DNA of 32,000 nt, from assembly GCF_004376175.1 (NCBI RefSeq), contig NZ_SNUY01000009.1, positions 1 to 32,000 of the forward strand, given 5' to 3'. The stretch is from Halalkalibacterium halodurans. GTDB lineage: Bacteria; Bacillota; Bacilli; Bacillales; Bacillaceae_D. The notes below the pieces were generated by a model that was given only the letters and a program-made list of their open reading frames with translations, was not told where the DNA came from and ran no database searches. Of the stretch, positions 1 to 8,656 are shown piece by piece. Positions within the stretch are counted from its first letter, which is position 1. Each line of letters begins with the position of its first letter. The position numbers and the translations under genes are program-made.

Positions 1-142
1 CTGTTTTAACCTTATCAGAAATGGATTCTTTTTTCATTTATTTGATGCATGGACCATTTAGCTCAATACCTTGATAGATAAGCATTATTTGGTTATCAAA
101 GATTTTTTATGAATAATTCAGGTTTATCTTCCTGTCATAAAC

Positions 143-192
143 TTCACACGATCATCATTCTCTGTTCATCGTTCATTAAAACTCATTTGATA
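143..192 (+). promoter_or_regulatory. Candidate PhoP-type Pho-box array upstream of the PhoX-like gene
   Basis: Five hexamers lie exactly 11 bp apart: TTCACA(143), ATCATT(154), TTCATC(165), TTAAAA(176), TTGATA(187). They resemble the TT(A/T/C)ACA direct repeats with 5-bp spacers bound by Bacillus PhoP. The array ends about 58 nt before the start codon. The repeats are degenerate. Confidence 0.35.
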
Positions 193-249
193 GATTATCC
201 ATGACGGCTTCAATGTTTTCACTTCACTAAAAACGAAGGAGGAATATTG

Positions 250-1677
250 ATGGGTAAAGGTGCAATGAATAGACGAGACTTTTTAAAAGTAGGCGGAATG
301 AGTACACTCGCATTAACATTAGGCTCGACAGGACTTTTTTCTTTAGAAGGACAAGCAAAAAACTCTTCCAATCCAACGAGTGGGTTTGGGGGGTTCGGGC
401 CTCTCGTAAAAGACCCGAACGGAATTCTCGATCTACCAAAGGGATTCAAATACAAAATCCTCTCAAGAACAGGAGACCGAATGACCAACGGTGACCTTGT
501 CCCTTCCATGCACGATGGAATGGCGGCGTTCCAAGGGCCGAGAAACACGACGATTCTCGTTCGTAATCATGAAAATGGGACAAACGCCGACTATCCGGTC
601 AACGGAAAAAATCCGTGGAGCAAGGGCGCCGCGGGAGGAACGACAGCACTCGTAGTCGGTCCAAATCGGGAAGTTATTCGTGAATATGTGACGAACTCTG
701 GGAACATTCGAAATTGTGCCGGCGGTCCATCCACTTGGGGAACTTGGTTAACCTGTGAAGAAACACGGGACATGGGTCACGGCTTCGTGTTCGAAGTAAA
801 CCCTCATGAACCTGAAAATGAAATGTCGAAAACACCGATTCGGGACATGGGTTACTTTTCCCATGAAGCCTGTAATGTGGACCCCTCGACAGGAATCTGG
901 TACTTAACTGAAGATAACAGCCCGAGCTTCTTTTATCGATTTACCCCTCACGATCGTAGCCAAACACTCGGTTCCTTACAAAAAGGTGGAATCTTAGAAG
1001 CGGCAGCAATTGATGAATTGCCCCATAACCAAGCAAGCAACTTTACGAGTGGCCAAAAAATCGGCATCGTTTGGAAAAAAGTGAACCCTGAGCGCGCAAA
1101 GGAAGATGCTCGTGATCTAGGCTGCATTCGATTTAGCCGTTTAGAGGGATCTTGGTTCGCAGGCGGTGCCTTCTGGTTCGATGATACTAATGCAGGTGAA
1201 AAAAATTTAGGGCGCATTTATCGCTATTTTCCAGCAACGAATACGTTAGAGCTATTCTATGAATCTTCTGATCATAACGATTTAGAAATGCCGGATAATA
1301 TTACGATTACGCCATGGGGCGATCTTTGGATTGCAGAGGACGGCAACATTGGCCGTGATCGGATGATTGGTTTAACGCCTGAAGGAAATGTGTATACGTT
1401 TGCTGAGAACAGGCTGAACAACTCAGAGTTTGCCGGACCTGCATTCTCACCTGATGGAAAAACGTTCTACCTCAACATGCAAACACCTGGCATTACCTTT
1501 GCGATTTGGGGGCCGTTCGCACGAAGAAATGCAGCGCGTCAAGTGGCCATGAGCCATGCTGCCCCACCACCTGGATATGGACCACAAGTATCCGATAAGT
1601 TGGCGGACTATGCAGAAAGGCATGGAATGTCTCCGTTAGCCGCAGCGGCATTGGAGCGCCACGGCTTCATCGTGTAA
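250..1677 (+). CDS. phoX: Tat-secreted PhoX-family (DUF839/COG3211-like) phosphatase
   Basis: GGAGG at 238-242 sits 7 nt before ATG 250. The twin-arginine signal is [19 protein letters not shown]. The [17 protein letters not shown] motif and overall beta-propeller-like composition are typical of PhoX/DUF839. A dedicated tatA-tatC pair follows. Confidence 0.75.
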   Translation: MGKGAMNRRDFLKVGGMSTLALTLGSTGLFSLEGQAKNSSNPTSGFGGFGPLVKDPNGILDLPKGFKYKILSRTGDRMTNGDLVPSMHDGMAAFQGPRNTTILVRNHENGTNADYPVNGKNPWSKGAAGGTTALVVGPNREVIREYVTNSGNIRNCAGGPSTWGTWLTCEETRDMGHGFVFEVNPHEPENEMSKTPIRDMGYFSHEACNVDPSTGIWYLTEDNSPSFFYRFTPHDRSQTLGSLQKGGILEAAAIDELPHNQASNFTSGQKIGIVWKKVNPERAKEDARDLGCIRFSRLEGSWFAGGAFWFDDTNAGEKNLGRIYRYFPATNTLELFYESSDHNDLEMPDNITITPWGDLWIAEDGNIGRDRMIGLTPEGNVYTFAENRLNNSEFAGPAFSPDGKTFYLNMQTPGITFAIWGPFARRNAARQVAMSHAAPPPGYGPQVSDKLADYAERHGMSPLAAAALERHGFIV

Positions 1678-1709
1678 TCGGTTTTCAATCTGAATTGGAG
1701 GGATCTATA

Positions 1710-1916
1710 TTGTTTCAGAACATCGGTATCCCAGGATTAATTCTTATTTTGGTCATCGCTCTCATCATTTTCGGGCCATCCAAACTTCCGGAAATCGGAC
1801 GAGCGTTCGGAACAACCCTTAAAGAATTTAAGCGGGCCACATCCGACCTCGTGAGCGAAGATAGCTCTTCCCGCGAAGGAACAAAGGAATCAAAAGAGAC
1901 AAAGCTAGAACCATAA
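1710..1916 (+). CDS. tatA: Twin-arginine translocase subunit TatA/E
   Basis: GGAGGG at 1697-1702 precedes TTG 1710. The product [34 protein letters not shown] closely matches the canonical TatA TM plus amphipathic helix (FGPSKLPE). The track ORF start at 1695 has no SD. Confidence 0.9.
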   Translation: MFQNIGIPGLILILVIALIIFGPSKLPEIGRAFGTTLKEFKRATSDLVSEDSSSREGTKESKETKLEP

Positions 1917-1995
1917 CTTTTTGCACACACATTCGATCACGATGGGAAGATGTAGACATCTGTCTGCATCTTTTCCCTTAAGAGGAGCTGATTCG

Positions 1996-2721
1996 ATGGA
2001 TAAACAAGAACGACCATTTATCGATCATTTAGCCGAACTGCGGAAACGAATCATTGTCACCATGCTAACCTTTATAGTCGCTCTGATTAGCACCCTTATC
2101 TTTGTTAAAGACGTTTATCTTTATCTAGTGAAGGATCTAGACGGCAAATTAGCCCTCCTTGGTCCTGGCGACATCTTGTGGGTCTATATGACAATTGCGG
2201 CGGTATTGGCTACCGCGGCGACGATTCCCATTGCGGCCTATCAAGTGTGGAAGTTTGTCCAACCTGGATTAACAAAGGGAGAACGGCAAGCGACATTAAT
2301 CTTCATCCCAGGGCTATTCTTCTTTTTTATTGCCGGCATTGCGTTTGGCTATTTTGTTCTTTTCCCTCTCGTTCTTACGTTTTTATCAAATTTAGCCGGC
2401 GACCAATTCGAAACTATGTTTACGGCAGAGAAGTATTTTCAATTCATGCTCCATCTCACGTTGCCATTTGGCTTTTTGTTTGAAATGCCAGCAGTGATTA
2501 TGTTCCTTACAAAGCTAGGCGTACTCACCCCTGAAAAACTATCGAAAGGAAGAAAGTATGCCTATTTTCTTTTAATCATCCTCTCCGTCGTCATCACACC
2601 ACCTGACTTTTTATCTGATGTGCTCGTCATCGTTCCTTTGTTTATCCTCTATGAAATTAGTGTCTCTCTTAGTAAATTGATCTACCGAAAAAAAGAGTCG
2701 AGCGAATTATCGGTGGCTTGA
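1996..2721 (+). CDS. tatC: Twin-arginine translocase subunit TatC
   Basis: AGAGGAG lies before ATG 1996. The product MDKQERPFIDHLAELRKRII... is a typical TatC N-terminus, polytopic, 241 aa (TatCd-like size). The track extension 1921-1995 has no SD. Confidence 0.9.
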   Translation: MDKQERPFIDHLAELRKRIIVTMLTFIVALISTLIFVKDVYLYLVKDLDGKLALLGPGDILWVYMTIAAVLATAATIPIAAYQVWKFVQPGLTKGERQATLIFIPGLFFFFIAGIAFGYFVLFPLVLTFLSNLAGDQFETMFTAEKYFQFMLHLTLPFGFLFEMPAVIMFLTKLGVLTPEKLSKGRKYAYFLLIILSVVITPPDFLSDVLVIVPLFILYEISVSLSKLIYRKKESSELSVA

Positions 2722-2726
2722 CGATG

Positions 2727-2758
2727 AAAGATCCCTTATAACAGGGGTCTTTTCTTTC
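2727..2758 (+). terminator. Rho-independent terminator after tatC
   Basis: AAAGATCCC (2727-2735) pairs with GGGGTCTTT (2744-2752), 9 bp with one G-U. TTCTTTC follows. Confidence 0.6.
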
Positions 2759-2811
2759 ACATGAAGAAGCTCTTAAATTGACCACTTGATTTGCTAGACG
2801 ATCCGCTATTA

Positions 2812-2840
2812 TGTTAACCTTTAATTAAAAATAGTTAACA
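2812..2840 (+). promoter_or_regulatory. BirA-type biotin operator (bioO)
   Basis: Inverted repeat TGTTAAC (2812-2818), N15, GTTAACA (2834-2840), with an AT-rich spacer. It lies 35 nt upstream of the bioF start and matches the Bacillus BirA half-site pattern TGTTAACC/GGTTAACA. Confidence 0.6.
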
Positions 2841-2874
2841 ATAGAGACTTCCCCACGGATTGGAGGAACATAAG

Positions 2875-4062
2875 TTGAATACGGATTGGTTACATACGTT
2901 AGAGGAAAAGCTCACGAGATTAAAAGAGCGGGGCTCGTTTCGCCAACTTGTGCCAACATCCGAGGCAGCACTCCCTTGGTTAACACGAGAGAACAGCAGG
3001 CTCCTTAATTTGGCGTCCAATAATTATTTAGGAATTGCCGGTTCAAACGAATTCATCGAAAGAACCGAACAACTCGCTTCAGCTTGTGCTATCGGCTCGA
3101 CTGCTTCCCGTTTCATTATCGGCAACCACCCTCTTTATGAGGAAGCCGAATACGAATTGTCAAAGTGGAAAAAAACTGAAGCTGCTCTGATTTTTGGTAG
3201 TGGTTATATGGCGAATGTCGGTATTATTTCCTCGATTGTAGGGCGCGGGGATGCCGTATTTAGTGATAAGTTAAACCATGCCTCCATTGTTGATGGCTGT
3301 CAGCTGAGCAGGGCCGACCATCTTCGCTTCCGGCATAACGATATGGATCACCTTGAAACCCTGCTACAAAAGTCACCCCATAAACAGAAGCTTATCGTTG
3401 TAGACGCCCTCTTTAGCATGGACGGCGACCACGCAAACCTTCATGATCTTGTCACACTAAAAGAGCGATACGGAGCCATTTTAATGGTTGATGAAGCTCA
3501 CAGTGGCGGTGTGTACGGGGCAACAGGCGGCGGACTTGTGGAGGAGCTGGGCTTAAACGATCGCGTGGACATTCAAATGGGAACGTTTAGTAAGGCTCTA
3601 GGTAGCTATGGTGGATACGTTGCTGGGGCTAAACCGTTCATCGAGTATCTTCTCAACCATGCACGCAGCCTTATTTTTACGACGGCCCTCCCCCCTTACA
3701 TCGTCGCATCCCATCTAGCAGCTTTGCAAATCGTTCAGGAGCAGCCGTGGAGGCGGGAAAAAGTTCAGGTGCTGGGAGAGCGCCTACGCAACGGACTTGA
3801 GCAGCTTGGATTCTCGTTATGCGGTAGTGAATCCTATATCGTGCCTGTCCTCATTGGCGACAACCATGACCTCCTCCTTGTGAGTGAATCGTTACAAGCA
3901 GCAGGAATAGCAGCGATTCCGGTGCGGCCCCCTACCGTTCCTCGCGGTGAAGGTCGCATTCGCTTAACAGTGACCGCCTCCCACACGGAGGAAGATATTG
4001 ACTGGGCGATTGAACAGTTTCAGAGATTGCCACTCGTAGGACGAAGGGAGTTAACACCATGA
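2875..4062 (+). CDS. bioF: 8-amino-7-oxononanoate synthase (PLP-dependent)
   Basis: GGAGGA at 2862-2867 sits 7 nt before TTG 2875. It has class-II aminotransferase features (GSGYMANVG, DEAHS, GTFSKALG with PLP lysine). The stop overlaps the next start (ATGA at 4059-4062). Confidence 0.85.
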   Translation: MNTDWLHTLEEKLTRLKERGSFRQLVPTSEAALPWLTRENSRLLNLASNNYLGIAGSNEFIERTEQLASACAIGSTASRFIIGNHPLYEEAEYELSKWKKTEAALIFGSGYMANVGIISSIVGRGDAVFSDKLNHASIVDGCQLSRADHLRFRHNDMDHLETLLQKSPHKQKLIVVDALFSMDGDHANLHDLVTLKERYGAILMVDEAHSGGVYGATGGGLVEELGLNDRVDIQMGTFSKALGSYGGYVAGAKPFIEYLLNHARSLIFTTALPPYIVASHLAALQIVQEQPWRREKVQVLGERLRNGLEQLGFSLCGSESYIVPVLIGDNHDLLLVSESLQAAGIAAIPVRPPTVPRGEGRIRLTVTASHTEEDIDWAIEQFQRLPLVGRRELTP

Positions 4063-4784
4063 ATGTATTATGGATACCGGGTTGGAGCATTCCGTTCGAT
4101 CGTTGGAAGGAGCTTTGTCGTCCTTTTCAAAAAGCTGAGCTTGAGGAAATGTTCATCGATTTTCGTGCATGCCAGAGGCGCGAAGACTTTCTGCAGCTCG
4201 TTCTCGATACAATCGATGGTCACCAAGGAGAGTGGATTTTAGCTGGTTGGTCGATGGGGAGCATGATGGCCGTCGAAGCGGCTACCCTGAGAAAAGCGCG
4301 GGTAAAAGGATTGTTTCTCCTTTCAAGTGCATTGCAGTTTTCTCAATCAGATCATCACCCCGGCGGAATCCCGTTAGCGGTTATTCGCCACATGTCGCGT
4401 CAACTTAAACGGAATCGGACCGAGACGTTGACGTCCTTTTACGAGCAAATGTTTTCGGATTCGGAAAAATCGCTAGGGCTCGATCAGGCTTTTTTACAAA
4501 CACTAGAGGCTGGCGACCCTTTCTATCATTGGCAGAATGAAAGTTTAATAGCTGGACTCGACTACTTAGCAAATGTCCAATTGCTTCAGGGTTGGCCTAC
4601 CGTTTCAGTGCCGATCACATGGATTCATGGGAGTGATGATACGATCTGTCCTTCTCCTGCTTCCGGGTTATTTTCGCCATCGAAGCGGCTCATCATCGTT
4701 GAGGGGGCAGGACATGTTCCCTTCTATACTCAAGATTCCGTTGTCATCAGCGCATGGGAGGAGTTGCTAGGTAATGTTTATTGA
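4059..4784 (+). CDS. bioH: Alpha/beta-hydrolase, BioH-like pimeloyl-ACP methyl ester esterase
   Basis: Nucleophile elbow GWSMGS, C-terminal GAGHVPF (His of the triad), about 240 aa. It sits between bioF and bioC as in the B. cereus-type bio operon. SD GAAGGGAG is at 4043-4050. Confidence 0.7.
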   Translation: MNVLWIPGWSIPFDRWKELCRPFQKAELEEMFIDFRACQRREDFLQLVLDTIDGHQGEWILAGWSMGSMMAVEAATLRKARVKGLFLLSSALQFSQSDHHPGGIPLAVIRHMSRQLKRNRTETLTSFYEQMFSDSEKSLGLDQAFLQTLEAGDPFYHWQNESLIAGLDYLANVQLLQGWPTVSVPITWIHGSDDTICPSPASGLFSPSKRLIIVEGAGHVPFYTQDSVVISAWEELLGNVY

Positions 4785-5589
4785 TAAACAAACGGTCGAG
4801 CGTCATTTTAGTAAAAGCGCTCACCTCTATGATGGCGTGAATCACGTTCAGCGCAAAATGGCTCATCGGCTCGTACAGCTTTTAGACGAAAAGCGACGCG
4901 ATGCAAAAGACGAGCCCCGTGCAATTCTTGACATCGGCTGTGGCACCGGCTGGTTAACACGTGAATGCTTAAAATCCTTTCCTCAGGCAACGATCGATGC
5001 TGTCGACCTTTCGAAGCAAATGCTCGAGGTAGCAGAGAAAAACGTCTCCTTTCATCCAAACGTCCAGTTCATCCAAGGGGACATTGAGAAGATGGTACGA
5101 GAAAAGCCTTCAGCTAAGACGTATGATGTTATCGTCGCTAACGCCGTTTTCCAATGGTTAGATAAACCGACCGAGACGGTGGCGCAACTTCGTTCTTGGC
5201 TAAAACCAACTGGCCTCCTCCTATTTTCTACCTTCGGACCTGATACGTTTTATGAACTCCACGATTCGTTCCTGCTTGCAGCTAAACAGCTCGGAATCAT
5301 CGACGAACGACGGGGGCTCGATTATCTCTCAAAAAGCGAATGGAAACGCACATTGGAGAGACTTTTTGCCGAGTTGACCATCCACGAGGAAAAAGCAATT
5401 GAATCCTATTCAACGGTTGAACAATTTTTGCACACGGTTAAGAAAATGGGCGCGACCTATTCCCAATCCTCCCGCCCTTTATCGAAACGGTACTATCAAC
5501 TCATGAAGGAGATCTACGAACAGCGCTATCGAACAGAGGACAGTATCCCTGCCACGTACGATTGCCTTTATGTGTTGTGCCAAGCCTAA
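4774..5589 (+). CDS. bioC: Malonyl-ACP O-methyltransferase
   Basis: SAM-binding motif ILDIGCGTGWLT. The N-terminus (FIDKQTVERHFSKSAHLYDGVNHVQRKMA) is typical of BioC. It overlaps the bioH-like stop by 11 nt. Confidence 0.8.
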   Translation: MFIDKQTVERHFSKSAHLYDGVNHVQRKMAHRLVQLLDEKRRDAKDEPRAILDIGCGTGWLTRECLKSFPQATIDAVDLSKQMLEVAEKNVSFHPNVQFIQGDIEKMVREKPSAKTYDVIVANAVFQWLDKPTETVAQLRSWLKPTGLLLFSTFGPDTFYELHDSFLLAAKQLGIIDERRGLDYLSKSEWKRTLERLFAELTIHEEKAIESYSTVEQFLHTVKKMGATYSQSSRPLSKRYYQLMKEIYEQRYRTEDSIPATYDCLYVLCQA

Positions 5590-5593
5590 GTGC

Positions 5594-5636
5594 AAAGGAG
5601 TCCTCCTCAGTCAAACGAGGAAGACTCCTTTTTTAA
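5594..5636. terminator. Bidirectional rho-independent terminator (bioC / convergent small gene)
   Basis: AAAGGAGTCCTCCTC (5594-5608) pairs with GAGGAAGACTCCTTT (5617-5631) with one mismatch. TTTTT follows on the + strand. Confidence 0.75.
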
Positions 5637-5914
5637 TAGTTATCAAGCGGATCGTACGAGACGATGACGGGAAAAAAGCTTGGCGTCACAAGAAAGCCTT
5701 GATGACTCCCTTCCCGATCCTTAAGCACGACGGAATAATCCCCAAATCCTTTCGCATATTCTACGGAAACATACGTTAAATCATGATCATGATAGTTCAA
5801 TGTCGTATAGATTTTAACCGTCGTAATGGCTAACGATTTTGGCGAAATTATGGCCCATCCTGCGCAAACGATGACGAGAGCCACTCCTATCATCAAAACC
5901 ATTTTTCTCTTCAT
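5633..5914 (-). CDS. Small hypothetical protein with N-terminal signal/anchor helix
   Basis: 93 aa. MKRKMVLMIGVALVIVCAGWAII is a signal or anchor segment. A weak SD (GAGAGGAAAG) lies upstream. I recognise no family with confidence. Confidence 0.45.
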   Translation of the reverse strand: MKRKMVLMIGVALVIVCAGWAIISPKSLAITTVKIYTTLNYHDHDLTYVSVEYAKGFGDYSVVLKDREGSHQGFLVTPSFFPVIVSYDPLDNY

Positions 5915-6085
5915 GCAGCACTTTCCTCTCTCTATTCAACCCGTTAAACATGATTCCTTGTTTAATTATAAGGTGGATTTCAGGAGTCGAACATCATTTT
6001 TTCCAAAGTCGCTTCCTATATAGCTAATCCCCATTTTTTACTATACAATGAAAAAAGAATGAGCGCGTAAGTGTGGTGAACGAAA

Positions 6086-6781
6086 ATGTTTAAAATTATG
6101 GTAATTGAAGATGACCATACATTGTTTAGTGAAATAAAGGAACGCCTTTCCCAATGGTCTTACGATGTCCATGGAGTGAGTAACTTTGAAAAGGTGATCG
6201 AGGAGTTTACGAGCCATAAGCCAGATTTGGTGATCATCGACATTCAGTTGCCGAAGTTTGACGGCTTTCATTGGTGTCGCATAATTCGCCAACACTCCAA
6301 TGTCCCGATCATCTTTTTATCTTCACGCGATCACCCAACTGATATGGTCATGTCGATGCAGCTTGGCGCCGATGACTTTATTCAAAAACCGTTCCACTTT
6401 GATGTCCTCGTTGCAAAAATCCAAGCGATCCTTCGCCGAGTCCATAATTACACGAGCGAACAAACACAGCTAAAAACATGGTGCGGCGCGACCGTTGATT
6501 ACGAAAGCAATACAGTTAGCAACCATGTCGGATCGATCGAACTATCAAAAAACGAGTTTTTTATTTTAAAGCGGCTCATTGAACGTAAAAACAAAATTGT
6601 CACCCGTGATGATTTGATTCGTAGCTTATGGGAGGATGAGCGTTTTATTAGTGATAATACCCTTACCGTTAATGTCAATCGATTGAGAAAGCGATTGGAC
6701 GAGCTCGGATTAGGTGCTTACATTGAAACAAAGGTCGGTCAAGGATATATGGCAAAGGAAGATGGGAACATCAATGATTAA
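6086..6781 (+). CDS. OmpR-family response regulator, BceR-like
   Basis: Receiver domain (MVIEDD...DLVIIDIQLPKFDG) plus a winged-helix output (TLTVNVNRLRKRL...IETKVGQGY). It is followed by an intramembrane-sensing kinase and a BceAB-type ABC transporter. Confidence 0.9.
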   Translation: MFKIMVIEDDHTLFSEIKERLSQWSYDVHGVSNFEKVIEEFTSHKPDLVIIDIQLPKFDGFHWCRIIRQHSNVPIIFLSSRDHPTDMVMSMQLGADDFIQKPFHFDVLVAKIQAILRRVHNYTSEQTQLKTWCGATVDYESNTVSNHVGSIELSKNEFFILKRLIERKNKIVTRDDLIRSLWEDERFISDNTLTVNVNRLRKRLDELGLGAYIETKVGQGYMAKEDGNIND

Positions 6782-7778
6782 AACCTTTTTAAAAGAACGA
6801 GGAAGCTGGATTCTGATCATTATCTTCCTCCAATGCTTCACTGTTTTTATAGCATATCTCGATTCAGCGATCCCGTTAGCACCTGTCTTCTATAGTGTGT
6901 TTTTATCATCGATGATCTTCTTCTTTTTTCTAGCCGTGCGATATAAAAAAGAAACAACATTTTATCGAAAGCTTGAGGAATGGGACAAAGATTTGGACGT
7001 AACCAATTTAGTTGCCGCCGAAAGCCCGTTTGAACGTATCATTGAGCAGACGATTGTTAAACAAACCGGCTACTTGCAAGAGAAAGCCCATCGACATGAG
7101 ACCGCGTTGGAACAGGAAAAGGATGACTTACTCGCATGGATTCATGAAATCAAAACACCGCTCACGGCGATGCATTTAATTATCGACCGTCTCGAAGACA
7201 GAACCATTAAAGGCCAGCTCACGTATGAATGGATGCGAATCCACCTACTGCTCGATCAGCAGCTCCATCAAAAACGAATTCCCTTTATGGAAAACGACCT
7301 TTACGTGGAAAAGGTAAACCTTGAGAGTGTACTCCATCAAGAAATCAAGACACTGCAATCGTGGTGCATCCAAAAAGGGATCGGCTTCGACTTACAGTTA
7401 GAAGTGACAGACGTGTTGACAGACGCTAAATGGCTATCGTTCATTTTACGGCAGCTTCTCTCCAATGCGGTCAAGTATAGTGAAGCGTCTGACATTATCA
7501 TTAAAAGCGATGTGGTTTCTGGGAAAACCGTCGTTGAAGTGACAGACTTCGGTCGAGGGATCGAGCCGAAAGACCTTCCTCGTATTTTTGAGAAAGGTTT
7601 TACTTCAACGAAAACCGATCAAACGAATGGGGCAACGGGGATGGGGCTATACTTAGCCAAAAGAGTCGCCGAACCATTATTGATTGACCTAGCCGTAAGC
7701 TCAACAGTAGGTGAAGGCACAACATTCACCTTGACCTTCCCGAAAGAAAATGAGTTTGTCCGGACGCTCGGCATGTGA
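6774..7778 (+). CDS. Intramembrane-sensing histidine kinase, BceS-like
   Basis: ATG 6774 overlaps the regulator stop (ATGA). It has two N-terminal TM helices with almost no extracellular loop, an H-box (WIHEIKTPLTAMH), and N/G boxes (LLSNAVKYS, DFGRGI, GMGLYLAK). About 334 aa, as for BceS-type kinases. Confidence 0.88.
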   Translation: MIKTFLKERGSWILIIIFLQCFTVFIAYLDSAIPLAPVFYSVFLSSMIFFFFLAVRYKKETTFYRKLEEWDKDLDVTNLVAAESPFERIIEQTIVKQTGYLQEKAHRHETALEQEKDDLLAWIHEIKTPLTAMHLIIDRLEDRTIKGQLTYEWMRIHLLLDQQLHQKRIPFMENDLYVEKVNLESVLHQEIKTLQSWCIQKGIGFDLQLEVTDVLTDAKWLSFILRQLLSNAVKYSEASDIIIKSDVVSGKTVVEVTDFGRGIEPKDLPRIFEKGFTSTKTDQTNGATGMGLYLAKRVAEPLLIDLAVSSTVGEGTTFTLTFPKENEFVRTLGM

Positions 7779-7794
7779 CAAAAGTGTCACATGC
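7771..7794 (+). promoter_or_regulatory. Perfect palindrome GCATGTGACA-N4-TGTCACATGC; candidate BceR-type binding box for the ABC transporter promoter
   Basis: A 10-bp perfect inverted repeat overlaps the kinase stop codon (TGA 7776-7778), about 100 nt upstream of the ABC ATPase start. BceR-family regulators are known to bind TGTGACA/TGTCACA-type inverted repeats upstream of bceA-like genes. It could also act as a weak terminator hairpin, since TTTTAT follows. Confidence 0.6.
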
Positions 7795-7894
7795 TTTTAT
7801 CTGTTTGTTCGTTTAATCGAAGGAAAAAAACATGGAACCCTTTTACGATAAAGATGGCTTCACCATTTCTAGACATGACAAGGAGTGAAAATAC

Positions 7895-8656
7895 ATGGCA
7901 ATACTTGAAGCGACAAACATTCATAAAAGCTATGGTACTAAGCTAAATAAACAAGAGGTCTTAAAAGGAATCGATATCCGTGTGGAAAAAGGGGAATTCG
8001 TCAGCATTATGGGGGCCTCAGGTTCAGGAAAAACAACGCTCCTGAATGTCCTGTCTTCCATCGACAAGCTAAGTAACGGCTCAATAAAAATTGAAGGCAG
8101 CGAAATGACACGGTTGAAAGAAAAGGAGCTTGCCCAATTTCGTAAAAAGCACTTAGGCTTTATTTTTCAGGAGTACAACCTGCTCGACACGTTGACCGTA
8201 AATGAAAACATTTTGCTTCCGTTATCGATTACAAAAATTCCGAGAAAAGCAGCAGATGAAAAGTTCAAACAGGTTGCAACAGAATTGGGAATTTATGAGA
8301 TTAAAGATAAATATCCAAACGAGATTTCCGGTGGACAAAAGCAGCGGGCTTCAGCAGCACGAGCGTTCATTCATGAACCGAGTATTATATTTGCCGATGA
8401 ACCAACAGGTGCGCTTGATTCTAAGTCCGCCTCCGATCTATTAGGTAAGTTACAGCAATTAAACGAGAAGCTGAGAGCGACGATTGTGATGGTCACACAT
8501 GATCCTGTCGCTGCAAGCTATTGCAGCCGGGTGATCTTTATTAAAGACGGGCAAATTTATACGCAGCTTCATAAAGGGGACGAATCGCGACAAACCTTCT
8601 TTAAAGACATCATGAAAACACAAGGTGTGTTAGGTGGGGTGCAAAATGACCATTAA
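7895..8656 (+). CDS. ABC transporter ATP-binding protein, BceA-like
   Basis: Walker [10 protein letters not shown], signature ISGGQKQR, Walker [13 protein letters not shown], MacB/FtsE-type. SD AAGGAG is upstream. Confidence 0.9.
   Translation: MAILEATNIHKSYGTKLNKQEVLKGIDIRVEKGEFVSIMGASGSGKTTLLNVLSSIDKLSNGSIKIEGSEMTRLKEKELAQFRKKHLGFIFQEYNLLDTLTVNENILLPLSITKIPRKAADEKFKQVATELGIYEIKDKYPNEISGGQKQRASAARAFIHEPSIIFADEPTGALDSKSASDLLGKLQQLNEKLRATIVMVTHDPVAASYCSRVIFIKDGQIYTQLHKGDESRQTFFKDIMKTQGVLGGVQNDH

Noticed and set aside
1-37. Possible start of a minus-strand gene leaving the window (ATG at 37, MKKESISDKVKT...).
   Set aside because: Only 12 codons are visible and there is no SD, so it cannot be supported.
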